From Nanobdellota archaeon (lineage in GTDB: Archaea; Nanobdellota; Nanobdellia; Pacearchaeales; GW2011-AR1): DNA of 64,000 bases. The notes under the pieces were generated by a model that worked only from the letters and a program-made list of their open reading frames with translations, ran no database searches and had not been told where the DNA came from. The translations under genes were made by a program, and so were the position numbers. Positions 1 through 10,004 of this stretch are shown here, piece by piece. Location: assembly GCA_038046005.1 (NCBI GenBank), contig JBBSXB010000003.1, forward strand, positions 17,328-81,327, given 5' to 3'. Each line of letters opens with the position of its first letter. The first letter of the stretch is position 1.

Positions 1-108
1 TGCATGAGGGAGTTTCCAAGATAGTAAGTCTTAAGTTGTAGTTCATGACTTCGTAAACTTCGTTTCCGTCGTATGCATGAAGGTGTAAGCAAAATTGTGA
101 GTTTGAAA

Positions 109-531
109 CTATAGATCACAACATAAAGGATATTTATCAAGTTCAGCACATTTTCCCTTTGCTAAATTTCCAAAAACTTGACTAACTAATTTTCTTGCTC
201 TTGGAGAAGTTGTAATTTTATCTAATGCACCGTCAAGAGTTTTTTTGAGCTTTGGAATATCATGCGCATTTATTACTCTTCCTCTAATCGCATTTATTGT
301 AAAAAATTCCCAGTCTAATTCTTCTAAATCAAACGAGTGTCCTTTTCCCATGCTAAAATTGTAAAATCCTTCTAGATTATTCAAATATTTTTTGGCAGAT
401 TCTATAATATGGGCTTTTCTTATAATGTAGTCTGGTTTTGCATCAGCTAAATCTGCAATAGCAGCATAGAGAAAGCCAAAGTGATAAATTTCAGATCTTT
501 TTTCTAAAGCCGATACAGTGCAAGCACCCAT
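109..531 (-). CDS. hypothetical protein (140 aa)
   Basis: Intact ORF, divergent from the downstream TA pair; no recognisable motif. Confidence 0.4.
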   Translation of the reverse strand: MGACTVSALEKRSEIYHFGFLYAAIADLADAKPDYIIRKAHIIESAKKYLNNLEGFYNFSMGKGHSFDLEELDWEFFTINAIRGRVINAHDIPKLKKTLDGALDKITTSPRARKLVSQVFGNLAKGKCAELDKYPLCCDL

Positions 532-615
532 AAAAAGAATAGTTCATTTGATTTTATAAAAATATGTATCTTTTATTATAGAAACCTTTATATATCAATT
601 GATATACACTATATT

Positions 616-897
616 ATGGAAACAGAAACATCGAATCCAATTGCGAGAAGCCCAACTTTAGATACTGTGATAATGGTGGAGAAAGCAATAGAAAAGTATA
701 GTGGAGATTTTAACAGGACTGAATTATGGAAAAAACTGCCTAAAAAAGTTATGTGGCAGACATACTTAGTTATCTTAGATTATTTAGAAAACATAAACAA
801 AATAGGAATTGCTCGAAACGGAATTTTAGTTTATATCTGGAGTCCGGAAGTTGCAAAAAAGTTTATGAACATGAAAGGTGTTGATTATAAAGATTAG
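616..897 (+). CDS. hypothetical small protein, putative antitoxin partner of the downstream RelE-like toxin
   Basis: 93-aa ORF ending 2 nt before the RelE/YoeB-like ORF (coupled pair); no identifiable antitoxin fold, so the role is by position only. Confidence 0.35.
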   Translation: METETSNPIARSPTLDTVIMVEKAIEKYSGDFNRTELWKKLPKKVMWQTYLVILDYLENINKIGIARNGILVYIWSPEVAKKFMNMKGVDYKD

Positions 898-899
898 AA

Positions 900-1229
900 A
901 TGGACAAAAAAGTAATTGTTAAATTCAAAAACCCTTTGTTAAAAAAGAATTTCGATGAGCTTTCTGAAGATGATCCTTTAAAAAAGAGGATAAGGAGAAC
1001 AATTGAGGGAATTAAACAAAATCCTTTAAGTTATGGCCAGCCAATAAATAAGAGCAAAATTCCTAAAATTTACTTTAACGAAGGTTTTACAAATGCTTTT
1101 TGGGTTGATTTAAGCAAGTCTTGGAGGTTAATTTATACTCTCACTTCTACTAGCGAAGTTGAGATATTAGCAATTATTTTAGAATGGTTTACAAGTCACA
1201 AAGATTATGAAAAAAGATTTAACTACTAA
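900..1229 (+). CDS. RelE/YoeB-family type II toxin-like protein
   Basis: 109 aa; C-terminal pattern FWVDLSKSWRLIYTL...EVEILAIILEWFTSHKDYEKRF resembles the RelE/YoeB core (W-R-[LIV]-[IV]-Y ... H-[KR]-x-x-Y). Small size and tight coupling to the upstream small ORF. Confidence 0.55.
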   Translation: MDKKVIVKFKNPLLKKNFDELSEDDPLKKRIRRTIEGIKQNPLSYGQPINKSKIPKIYFNEGFTNAFWVDLSKSWRLIYTLTSTSEVEILAIILEWFTSHKDYEKRFNY

Positions 1230-1521
1230 AATGAAAATAATAACCAAATATTATGATAAGGGTGGAAAACTAAAAATATTAAAAAATATTGGAAGCAATA
1301 ATGTTAACTCTACTATAAGATTTAAGATTTTAAAAAATAAAAGAGAGTTTCCATGTTGTGATTTTCAGGGAAAATGCACAAATAAAGCATGTGCAGAGGT
1401 TTATCCCAGTCTTATGAAAAACAGTAATAAAGGTTGGAGTTATCTTTGTAAGAAACATTATTACCAAGAACAAAAAAGATTGAAATGGAAACTCCCTTCA
1501 TGTTTAAATGTTGAGTGGTGA
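1207..1521 (+). CDS. hypothetical Cys-rich small protein
   Basis: 104 aa with CCDFQGKCTNKAC...YLCKKHY; overlaps the 3' end of the toxin ORF by 23 nt, so the start is uncertain. Confidence 0.3.
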   Translation: MKKDLTTKMKIITKYYDKGGKLKILKNIGSNNVNSTIRFKILKNKREFPCCDFQGKCTNKACAEVYPSLMKNSNKGWSYLCKKHYYQEQKRLKWKLPSCLNVEW

Positions 1522-1601
1522 TTGAAATTGGCCATAGAAAAAATATCTATAAATGAGTTTGAAACTATAGCATCTAATCTCCACTAATTATTTATATTCG
1601 G

Positions 1602-2225
1602 ATGTCTTCTTTTTACATGGAAAAAACTGAGCTTTTGGCTTCCTTGAAGAAACAAGGTTTTTCTGAGAAAATAATAAATGCTTTTGCTGCAGTTGATAGA
1701 AAGAACTTTATTCCTCCTCTGATTAAATTCTTGGCTTATGATGACAACGCTTTGCCTATTGGCCACGGCCAGACAATTTCACAGCCGCATACAATTGCAG
1801 TGATGCTGGATTTGTTGCATCTAAAAAAAGACCAAAAAGTTTTGGAAGTTGGATGCGGAAGCGGTTATGTTCTGGCTTTAATGTCTGAAATAGTTAGCGA
1901 GAACGGAAAAGTCTATGGTTTGGAGATAATACGGGATTTGGTAGAGCGGTCAAAAAAACCTTTGTATAAATATCAGAATGTTCAGGCTCTTTACGGAGAT
2001 GGCCGATTTGGCATGCACGAAAAAGCCCCATTTGACAGGATTTTGATAAGCGCGGCTCTCACCACTATTCCGGAATATTTGGTGAACCAGCTCAATAATG
2101 ATGGAATCATTGTTGCTCCTATTGGTAATGAGAGCATGCAGTCTTTAGTTGCCTACAAAAAATCAGAAGATGGTTTATCCATCATAGAACAAGTTCCGGG
2201 CTTTGCCTTTGTGCATTTTGTTTAA
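1602..2225 (+). CDS. pcm: protein-L-isoaspartate O-methyltransferase
   Basis: GHGQTISQPHTIAVMLDLL and VLEVGCGSGYVLALM SAM motif; about 207 aa, typical of PIMT. Confidence 0.85.
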   Translation: MSSFYMEKTELLASLKKQGFSEKIINAFAAVDRKNFIPPLIKFLAYDDNALPIGHGQTISQPHTIAVMLDLLHLKKDQKVLEVGCGSGYVLALMSEIVSENGKVYGLEIIRDLVERSKKPLYKYQNVQALYGDGRFGMHEKAPFDRILISAALTTIPEYLVNQLNNDGIIVAPIGNESMQSLVAYKKSEDGLSIIEQVPGFAFVHFV

Positions 2226-2298
2226 CAGAGCTCTCGCACGTTATAAAAAATAAAGAATAAAAAGTAAAATAAAAAAAGAAAATTAAAAATAAAAGACT

Positions 2299-3585
2299 TT
2301 AGTAATAACTTTCTCCGAATTCTCCAGATTTTTCAGGCTTCTTTCCAATTAATACAATCAAAACAATTAACAATACGATAAAGATTATCGCAAGGACAAC
2401 TGTTAAGATAACAATTGGGCTAGTTTTTGTTGCTGATTCTGTTGCTGTTTTTCCAGATGTGTTTCCGCTGAACTCTATTGAGTTTAGGGTTTCACCTTTC
2501 AAGCTGAATACATTAACTTTGAAGTTGTATTCTCCTTGTGTATTTGGATCGACAGTAACGGTTTTACTTCCGCCAGCAGGCACGAAAACGATTGTATCGC
2601 TTAGTGTAGCCGGTGATTCTGCAACAAGTCTGTAACCAATAACGCTGTCAGTTGGGTTTACAAGCCAGATGCTGTTTCCAGATTTGAAAACAGTGCTGTC
2701 AAAATCGTTTTGGACAACAACTTCAACATTTTGTGTTGATGTAGTGTCTCCGTTTTGGACAGTTATTTCTAGGTTGTACTTACCAGCTTGAACGTCGTAT
2801 GGTAATGCTAGGTTCAATGTACCGCTTACGCTTTCAACGCCGTCTTTAACACACTTTCTGTGAAGTGTATCATATCCATATGGAAGATCAGCTGCGTCAC
2901 CCTCAAGTTGACCATAATCAGCATTGTCATTGCAAGTTATTGCAACAAGATCTCCAAAGTAGCTGCTCTTTTGAAGTCCGAGAGTAGCTATTTTAGCTGT
3001 TACGTAAAGGTCGTTTAAGTCATTGTAACCAATGTTTTTCAAAACAATTTGAACTGGGAATGTTTTTCCAGCTTGTAATGTTTGATCAACACTTACAGAC
3101 TTTATAGCAACATCGTATGTAGCTCTTTGGATTCTAAGTGGTATTACGATTTCGTCATTTGCATACTTATCGCCTTCAATCTTTATCTTAAGACTGAATT
3201 CGTTACTTAGATCATCCTTAAGCTCGTTAGGGACAGTTATTGTCAATGTCTTTTTGTAGCTCTTATTCTGTTCAACATTGAAAAGAGTTGAGTCTACATT
3301 AGCATTGGCACCATGTCCTCTGATTTCAGCGTTTATCATGACATTTCTGTCATATTGAAGGGCAGTAAACCACACGTCAACTTGAACACTGTCACCAGCT
3401 TGGACACTTAAAGAATCGCTTGATGCAGTACCGTAAACAGTAGTTCCATCAACATCAACTCTTACACTGTTAGCTAAGTCACTAGCGCCTACGCTAGAAA
3501 CTACAACCAATATTGCCACAACCGCTAGGAAAGAAACCAAATATTTTTTGGCTTCCATTTTTTGTTTCATTAGATTTAATTGCAC
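2299..3585 (-). CDS. cell-surface protein with CARDB-like repeats; N-terminal signal/anchor and C-terminal TM anchor
   Basis: Hydrophobic N-terminus, repeated beta-rich segments (e.g. QAGKTFPVQIVLKNIGYNDLNDLYV), and a C-terminal hydrophobic stretch PIVILTVVLAIIFIVLLIVLIVLIGKK followed by a charged tail. Confidence 0.6.
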   Translation of the reverse strand: MQLNLMKQKMEAKKYLVSFLAVVAILVVVSSVGASDLANSVRVDVDGTTVYGTASSDSLSVQAGDSVQVDVWFTALQYDRNVMINAEIRGHGANANVDSTLFNVEQNKSYKKTLTITVPNELKDDLSNEFSLKIKIEGDKYANDEIVIPLRIQRATYDVAIKSVSVDQTLQAGKTFPVQIVLKNIGYNDLNDLYVTAKIATLGLQKSSYFGDLVAITCNDNADYGQLEGDAADLPYGYDTLHRKCVKDGVESVSGTLNLALPYDVQAGKYNLEITVQNGDTTSTQNVEVVVQNDFDSTVFKSGNSIWLVNPTDSVIGYRLVAESPATLSDTIVFVPAGGSKTVTVDPNTQGEYNFKVNVFSLKGETLNSIEFSGNTSGKTATESATKTSPIVILTVVLAIIFIVLLIVLIVLIGKKPEKSGEFGESYY

Positions 3586-3732
3586 AAAGAATCTTTATTC
3601 TTTGTTAAAAATATGACCTAAAAATCATTTATAAACTTTATGGTGACAACACAACATACTGATTATATGGTATTAATTTATTCACTGGAAGTACTGACAT
3701 TTAGTGGTCGAAAATCCGGTTTTCACTGCGTG

Positions 3733-4512
3733 TCATAATTTGTTATAAATTTTCAGACTTTTGACAGCATCACCGACGGTGTCTGGAGCCTCGTTTATTA
3801 TGAAATAGCTGTTGCTTTTCGGCAGATTGTTCAACAGCTTTTTTATCTCTGATTCAGAAGTTTCTTTGTGTTTTTTCTCTCCTTTTTCTCCATATTCAAT
3901 TCCCGAAAAATGAATATGCCACTCTTTTTCTTTGTTGAATAATTTTGCAGCTTTTTCAAAATTGTAATCTTTTTCTCTGGCTAAAATATGTGCAAAATCA
4001 ATGCAAAAACTACACCCAGTTTCATCAACAAGTTTCTGTATTTCTTCAAGACTCCCAAAAACATTTATTTTTCCGGTTGTTTCTGGAGCAAGTTCAGGAG
4101 TGTATTTTTTCTCTTTCCTTATTTTTTGCAATTCAATGATTTCATTCTTTATTTTTTCATATGTTTCATTTTTTTCAGATTTCCCATAATAACCTGGATG
4201 AAATATGACTCTCTTAGCCTTTAGCCATGTGCCAACTTTCAAGCATTCCAGTATTCTTTCTTTGCTTTTCTCTATTTTATCTTTTTCAGCAGAATTCAGA
4301 TTAATCCAGTATTGTGCATGAATGCTCAAATAAATTCCAAGCCTTTCTGCAGCTCTCCCAATTTCTTCAGCATCTTTTTGTTCCTTAATGTATGCACCAT
4401 AAGTGAATGCAATTTCACAAGCTCTTAATCCTAATTTATGATACTCTTCCAGATTTGAAATTGCTTCATTAACTCCCCCTAATCCAGATGGTCCGAATTT
4501 TATATTGAACAT
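3733..4512 (-). CDS. nfo: endonuclease IV (AP endonuclease family 2, TIM barrel)
   Basis: Nfo-like motifs: IHAQYWINLNS, FHPGYY, LAPETTG, FCIDFAH, HIHFSG, matching the metal-ligand pattern of Nfo. Confidence 0.75.
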   Translation of the reverse strand: MFNIKFGPSGLGGVNEAISNLEEYHKLGLRACEIAFTYGAYIKEQKDAEEIGRAAERLGIYLSIHAQYWINLNSAEKDKIEKSKERILECLKVGTWLKAKRVIFHPGYYGKSEKNETYEKIKNEIIELQKIRKEKKYTPELAPETTGKINVFGSLEEIQKLVDETGCSFCIDFAHILAREKDYNFEKAAKLFNKEKEWHIHFSGIEYGEKGEKKHKETSESEIKKLLNNLPKSNSYFIINEAPDTVGDAVKSLKIYNKL

Positions 4513-4562
4513 TTTTTAGAAAGATGAAAATAGTTTAAAGAGGTTTTGATTTGAAAATCAAA

Positions 4563-5069
4563 CTATTTTGTATGCAATCTTTTCCATACTTCAAGTTCTT
4601 GAAATGGAATTACACAATACTCTTTATCTGGGTCTAAAATTCCATCACAAACAACTCTTAATTCTAGCCAACCATTTTTAGATGGACTGAAAGCATGTTT
4701 TCTTTTTACAGGGATTTCAATTCCTGAGTGGTCTGTGTGAATAAAATAACCTTGGCTTTCTCCATCTTCAAGTATACTAAAGTAACAGCCTCCTCCCCAA
4801 ATTATTTTAACAAATTCTGTTACATCGTCATGAAAGTGTAAATCAGATGGTCTCAGAAATCCAACATCTATTATTGTTCTGCCTATTTTTTGTATATTTT
4901 CATCACTAAATTGCTTTCTAAGAAACAATCCCGATTTTGAGTCAGCAACATATCCTTTAGACTCAAGCTCAGTAGCCATTTTGTTTATTTTACGAATAGA
5001 AGCATGTTCGTCATACCATCTTGCGAGATGTTTGTTTCCCCTAATTTTATCAAAATAGTCCACCATCAT
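4563..5069 (-). CDS. hypothetical protein (168 aa)
   Basis: Intact ORF; His-rich segments (LHFHDD, FIHTDHSG) but no confident family. Confidence 0.4.
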   Translation of the reverse strand: MMVDYFDKIRGNKHLARWYDEHASIRKINKMATELESKGYVADSKSGLFLRKQFSDENIQKIGRTIIDVGFLRPSDLHFHDDVTEFVKIIWGGGCYFSILEDGESQGYFIHTDHSGIEIPVKRKHAFSPSKNGWLELRVVCDGILDPDKEYCVIPFQELEVWKRLHTK

Positions 5070-5110
5070 TTCTTCAATTTCTCTCTCTTTTTAAGAATTA
5101 TTGTAGTTAA

Positions 5111-6298
5111 CTACAAACTGAACAATTGTATATTCGTGTCAGCCGTTGAGAAATTGTTTGCTACTATGACTTTTACTCTGGCGTTTTCCGCAGCCCTTAT
5201 TATCGGTGTTGTGGCTGCTCCGTCAATTATGATTACTGCCGGTTCAATCCTGTTCTTGTTTATGTATAAGGTTAATGTTTTTAATGATATTCTTTTGATT
5301 TCCTTGAAATTTTCATCAAGCAATATTGCCTGTTTTGAGCCTTGATTTTCTTCTGAAAGTTTTTTTAATTTTTCAAGATTTTCCTCGCTAAGGATTTCTT
5401 TTTTTTGTTCAGGTTTATGTTCTCTTCTTTCTTCTCTATGATTATTATCTCTGGAAAAGCCAGAGAAGCTTCCATTCCTTTTTTCCCTTGAAAAATATTC
5501 TTCCGGTGTCAGTCTTTTTCTAAGGCTCATAAGGATTTCTTTTCCGGCAAGCTCCTCTACTTCTTTTCCTTCAGGCGCAACACATATGTATTTGACTTTT
5601 GCGTTGTCAACAACATTCTGTGCAATGAGTTTTCCGCCTCTATCGCCATCTATAAATAAAATAATATCTTTTTCATTGCTCAGTCCTTTTATTTCTTCAG
5701 GAAGCTTTGTTCCATTCATTCCAATGACATTTTTTACGCCATTTTTCAGCAAGTTCAAAACATCTGCTCTTCCTTCAACAACGATAACTTCTGGATCAGA
5801 TAAATCTCCGCATGGAAGTTTTCCCTCTCCATACTCTCTGAGTTCAGCCATTTTGGTTGACTCTTTTATCTGGGTTGTTATGTCTCTGCTGTTTGTACCT
5901 TCTTGAAGTCCCTGCATGAGTTTTTTCGCCCTGTCAATTATGTATTCTCTCTTGCTGCCTCTTACGTCCTCAATCTTTGTGACTTCGATTTGGGAATCGC
6001 AAGGCCCTATTCTTTCAATAGTCTCTACGGCAGCGGCTATCAATGTTGTTTCAGACTGGTCCAAAGCTGTCGGAATCAATATTTTTCCAGTAGTCTTCTT
6101 GTCGCTTCTTTCAAGCTCTACTTCAATCCTTCCGATTTTCCCTTCTTTTTGAAGCTCTCTCATTTCAAGATCTGAACCCAAAAGACCCTCTGTCTGTCCA
6201 AATATGGCTCCGATTATGTCTGGTTTTTCCAAAGCGCCCTCAGCAATAAAGGTTGCATGTATCATGTATTTTATCGATACCGGGCTTATTTTTGCCAT
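5111..6298 (-). CDS. dnaG: archaeal DnaG-type primase (Toprim domain)
   Basis: N-terminus MIHATFIAEGALEKPDIIGAIFGQTEGLLGSDLEMRELQKEGKIGRIEV is typical of archaeal DnaG. Toprim signature VIVVEGRADVLNLL...ILFIDGDRGG. Confidence 0.85.
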   Translation of the reverse strand: MAKISPVSIKYMIHATFIAEGALEKPDIIGAIFGQTEGLLGSDLEMRELQKEGKIGRIEVELERSDKKTTGKILIPTALDQSETTLIAAAVETIERIGPCDSQIEVTKIEDVRGSKREYIIDRAKKLMQGLQEGTNSRDITTQIKESTKMAELREYGEGKLPCGDLSDPEVIVVEGRADVLNLLKNGVKNVIGMNGTKLPEEIKGLSNEKDIILFIDGDRGGKLIAQNVVDNAKVKYICVAPEGKEVEELAGKEILMSLRKRLTPEEYFSREKRNGSFSGFSRDNNHREERREHKPEQKKEILSEENLEKLKKLSEENQGSKQAILLDENFKEIKRISLKTLTLYINKNRIEPAVIIIDGAATTPIIRAAENARVKVIVANNFSTADTNIQLFSL

Positions 6299-6476
6299 GT
6301 TCTACTCCTATGTTTATTTAATTTGAAATCTATGATTTCACTAGAAAAATATCTTGTTTACTAACTAACTGACTTAAACTTCTCACGAGAAATGAATGTG
6401 AGTGTGAAAGTGATTGTGATAATATGATGATATTTTCCTAAACTACAAGGCTTGGTGCTTTTTTAAGGGTTTCGGT

Positions 6477-6794
6477 TTAATATCTTTCTACATTAATAGG
6501 AATAAGACCACACAAATTGTCTTTATTATAAACAGAAATAACTGGTTTTCCTATAAGATACTCTGATCCTTTGACCCCATACATTTTTAAGAATTTCTGG
6601 AAATCCTCAAACTCTAGATACATACTGTTGCGTAAGCCAAGATTTGCTACACCAATTTCTGTGACTCTTCCTTCTCCCACGAAAACTATTTTTTCGATAA
6701 ATCCTGTTTTTCCTTCCAAATCCCATGGATGCTCAGGAAAAATTTCCGTATTGCTAATGTTTACTTCTATCTTTTTATTTTTCTCTCTTACCAT
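6477..6794 (-). CDS. hypothetical protein (105 aa)
   Basis: Intact ORF; no motif recognised. Confidence 0.4.
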   Translation of the reverse strand: MVREKNKKIEVNISNTEIFPEHPWDLEGKTGFIEKIVFVGEGRVTEIGVANLGLRNSMYLEFEDFQKFLKMYGVKGSEYLIGKPVISVYNKDNLCGLIPINVERY

Positions 6795-6840
6795 AATCTC
6801 CTTAGAAAATCTCTGTTTATAAGAATTATTGTGGTGGATT

Positions 6841-7152
6841 TTATTTTGTCTCTTTATTTATCCATTTCTCGTAATCTTCGTTAGCTTCAACGTCAAATTT
6901 CATTATACAAGGCGTTTCATAAGGATGGATCTGTTTAATTTCACTCTTTATTTCATTCCAGTTCTCTTTTTTTGACTTAACAATAGACACTACCTCATTA
7001 GCACTATCTATCTTTCCCTTCCACCAATATGCACTCTGAATTGGAAAATAGTTGACGCAGGCAATAAGCTTTCTTTTGAGTAAATGTTCACACACTTTTT
7101 TAGCTTCACTTAAACTTTTATGTGTTATATAAACAATGATAAAGCCCATCAC
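6841..7152 (-). CDS. cutA: divalent-cation tolerance protein CutA
   Basis: IVYITHKSLSEAKKVCEHLLKRKLIACVNYFPIQSAYWWKGKI...HPYETPCI matches the CutA1 fold signature; about 103 aa. Confidence 0.8.
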   Translation of the reverse strand: MMGFIIVYITHKSLSEAKKVCEHLLKRKLIACVNYFPIQSAYWWKGKIDSANEVVSIVKSKKENWNEIKSEIKQIHPYETPCIMKFDVEANEDYEKWINKETK

Positions 7153-7185
7153 TTTCAGAAATAATCATTCTATAAAAATCTATCT

Positions 7186-7854
7186 TCACAAACCCAGTTC
7201 TTTGTTCAAATCAAAACTATCTGTATATTCTGGTTTAACGGACCTTTCAGTCCTTTTTTGTTCTGTTCTTGCTCTTGATTCAGTTTTGTTCTCTTTTAGT
7301 GTGAAATATTCTTTTATCTTCCCAGTCTGCTCGTAAAGGCTCATCAATTTGCTTTTTATGTCCTGTCTTTCAGCTTCGGAAAGTCTCATCTGCAAAAGCT
7401 TTTCATAAAGTTTTATTGCGTTAGCTCTTCTTCTTTCTTTAACATAAACTTCTGCCTGCCTTTTGCAAAAATCTTTCACTGCAGAAAAAATTCCCTCTCT
7501 TTCCTTAAGTTGCGCCTCTCCAAGAGCTTTTTTTAAAGCCTCATCAAGCATCATCAAATCTCCACCCTTCACATAAAATTCAACTTCTTTCATGTGCGCA
7601 TTTATTTTTTCCTTAAAAGTTGTTGAAAGAATAGAAATATTGTTGTACATTTTAGCAGCCTCGACAAACATGCCTTTTTTGTCATAAAGCTCAGCAAGTT
7701 TCTGATACAAAAACTTTTTTTTGTCAGTCGCCAAATCTCTTTCTTTAACCATTCTCGACAAATGATCAATTTGAACAAAATCTCCTTTACCTTTCAAGAA
7801 AGCTTCAACCTCGGTTTTAGACATGTCCCCCTTTAATATCTCTCTTTTTAACAT
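7186..7854 (-). CDS. hypothetical coiled-coil protein (222 aa)
   Basis: Lys/Glu-rich helical sequence; no catalytic motif. Confidence 0.4.
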   Translation of the reverse strand: MLKREILKGDMSKTEVEAFLKGKGDFVQIDHLSRMVKERDLATDKKKFLYQKLAELYDKKGMFVEAAKMYNNISILSTTFKEKINAHMKEVEFYVKGGDLMMLDEALKKALGEAQLKEREGIFSAVKDFCKRQAEVYVKERRRANAIKLYEKLLQMRLSEAERQDIKSKLMSLYEQTGKIKEYFTLKENKTESRARTEQKRTERSVKPEYTDSFDLNKELGL

Positions 7855-7907
7855 AACTAGATTAATTGTGCCGGCTTTTTAAGCATTACTGATATTGAGA
7901 ATATGAA

Positions 7908-8294
7908 TTAATTTTTTTGAGCGTATTTTCTATTTATGAAATTTTCTATACTTGAACTAAATTCAGGAATAATTTCTTTCCATTTATCTGCTCCAATTGG
8001 TACAGTGATTACTTTTGCACCAAGTTCCATTGCTTCCTTTTTGAAGGCTTCAGACAAACCTTCACCAACAAGGACAATAGACCCAATACCTTTTTCATTA
8101 GCTTTTCTTAAAATCTCAACCTTTCTTTCGCTTAAGTCCTCCATAACAAGTACGTCATAATCTAACCTTCTTAATCTGCCATTTACTTTATTTTGTTTAG
8201 ACACAACATCATATTTAAAATCTCCAACTTCTCTTCTTAACATTACTCCTAAAACAGAATTGTAAACGCCAAAATAAAGTACATTTTCATCCAT
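7908..8294 (-). CDS. hypothetical protein (128 aa) downstream of EF-1alpha, where S10 is normally found
   Basis: Intact ORF; the sequence is not S10-like. Confidence 0.4.
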   Translation of the reverse strand: MDENVLYFGVYNSVLGVMLRREVGDFKYDVVSKQNKVNGRLRRLDYDVLVMEDLSERKVEILRKANEKGIGSIVLVGEGLSEAFKKEAMELGAKVITVPIGADKWKEIIPEFSSSIENFINRKYAQKN

Positions 8295-8304
8295 TTTTCA
8301 AGAA

Positions 8305-9582
8305 TTATTTGTGTTTGACAATCTCAATGCAAACACCTGCAGCAACAGTTGCTCCAGCATCTCTTACAGCGAACCTGCTCATGTATGGATTGTTCTTTTG
8401 TGTTTCCAAAGCAAGGTTTCCTTGTGGCTTTATTCTTACCTTAGCAACATCTCCATTTTTCAAGAAGTCAGGATTTTCCTTTATGACCTGTCCTGTTTTT
8501 GGATCAATCTGTGCTATAAGCTCAGTGAACTGGCATGGCACTTGTGCTGTGTGAACGTGAAATACTGGTGTGTAACCTTTAGCCAAAACAGTTGGGTGGT
8601 TTATTACTGCAATCTGTGCAATGAATTCCTCAACAATTGGAACCGGGTGGTCAGCTGCGCATATAACATCTCCTCTTGCAATATCTTTCTTTCCAACGCC
8701 CCTTATGTTTATTCCAACATTGTCTCCTGCAACTGCTTCAGGAAGTGTTTCATGGTGAGCTTCTATTGTTTTTATCTCGCCGTCAATTCCTTTTCCTGTT
8801 CTTCCAGGCAAGACTTTGATTTTCATTCCAACTTTCATTTTTCCAGTTTCAATTTTTCCTACAGGCACTGTTCCAATTCCTGTGATTTCATAAACATCTT
8901 GGACAGGCATTCTCATTGGAAGGTCTGTTGGAGGTTCTGGTTGTGGGAACAAGTCCATTTGCTCTAGGATTGTTGGCCCAGTGTACCAAGGCATGTTTGC
9001 AGATTTATTCTTAACATTATCTCCTTTAAGTCCAGCGCACGCAATGTAAGCAGCAGCAGTAATCCCAACCTGGCTTAAAAGTTTTGTAACATCTTCCTTG
9101 ACTTTGTTGAATCTAGCTTGATCATAACTCACAGCATCCATTTTGTTGACTGCTATGGCTACATTCTTAACTCCCATTGTTCTTAAAAGCCACAAGTGTT
9201 CAGTTGTTTGAGGTTCGACTCCTGAAGGTGCAGAAACAACAAGGAATGCGCAGTCAGCCTGCGAGGCTCCAGTTATCATGTTCTTGACGAAGTCTCTGTG
9301 TCCTGGTGCATCAATGATTGTGATTTGGAATTTCTGAGTCATAATCTTTCTATAAGCCAAGTCAATTGTAACTCCTCTTTCTCTTTCTTCTTTAATCTTG
9401 TCCATAACATAAGCGAATTCAAAACCAACTTTGCCATGCTTTTCAGCTTCAGCTCGTAACTTTGTCATTTCTTGTTCAGTAACAGCTCCAGTGTCGAAAA
9501 GCAATCTTCCGACTACGGTTGACTTTCCAGCGTCAACGTGACCGACGAACACAACGTTCATATTTGGTTTTTCTCTTGCCAT
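8305..9582 (-). CDS. tuf: translation elongation factor EF-1 alpha
   Basis: GHVDAGKST P-loop, DAPGHRDF, NKMD; about 425 aa full length. Confidence 0.95.
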   Translation of the reverse strand: MAREKPNMNVVFVGHVDAGKSTVVGRLLFDTGAVTEQEMTKLRAEAEKHGKVGFEFAYVMDKIKEERERGVTIDLAYRKIMTQKFQITIIDAPGHRDFVKNMITGASQADCAFLVVSAPSGVEPQTTEHLWLLRTMGVKNVAIAVNKMDAVSYDQARFNKVKEDVTKLLSQVGITAAAYIACAGLKGDNVKNKSANMPWYTGPTILEQMDLFPQPEPPTDLPMRMPVQDVYEITGIGTVPVGKIETGKMKVGMKIKVLPGRTGKGIDGEIKTIEAHHETLPEAVAGDNVGINIRGVGKKDIARGDVICAADHPVPIVEEFIAQIAVINHPTVLAKGYTPVFHVHTAQVPCQFTELIAQIDPKTGQVIKENPDFLKNGDVAKVRIKPQGNLALETQKNNPYMSRFAVRDAGATVAAGVCIEIVKHK

Positions 9583-9663
9583 TTGTTATAACAATTTTCC
9601 GTAGAAAATTTGATATTTATGTAAAAAAAATTAGGTTTATAAAGTTTTTGGTAACAATGAATT

Positions 9664-9996
9664 TTAACCTCTTGTTTGTTCAGGCGCTATCGTCAAATCT
9701 TTTGCGTTGTACCACAACCAATAAGGCTCTTCTTTATAATAAAAATGAGCTCTGACTCTTTTTTTACTTTCATCAATATTTGTTACAAGACCTATCATTC
9801 TATTTGGAAAAGTTTTTCCATCCTCTTCTCTATCTGGCAAAGATTTAACTCCTCTTTTTATTACGACTTTTTCCTCCAAGACCAAATCATTTATTTTTAA
9901 CATGCAAATACTTAGAAAAATCTCTTTAAAAATTTTTGTGATTACTGATTTTGAATAACCCTTAATATACATATAATTTTTAAATTCTATTCCCAT
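9664..9996 (-). CDS. hypothetical protein (110 aa)
   Basis: Intact ORF between the EF-1alpha and EF-2 loci; no motif. Confidence 0.35.
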   Translation of the reverse strand: MGIEFKNYMYIKGYSKSVITKIFKEIFLSICMLKINDLVLEEKVVIKRGVKSLPDREEDGKTFPNRMIGLVTNIDESKKRVRAHFYYKEEPYWLWYNAKDLTIAPEQTRG

Positions 9997-10004
9997 CTTG
10001 TATT

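Noticed and set aside
1584-1766. 60-aa minus-strand ORF
   Set aside because: It overlaps the pcm start region on the opposite strand, and pcm is well supported.
3945-4224. Three overlapping plus-strand ORFs (62-78 aa)
   Set aside because: They are antisense to nfo and their peptides are Phe/Ser low-complexity; they are spurious.
5004-5345. 113-aa plus-strand ORF spanning the intergenic region and the dnaG 3' end
   Set aside because: It overlaps two well-supported minus-strand genes and has a hydrophobic low-complexity translation.
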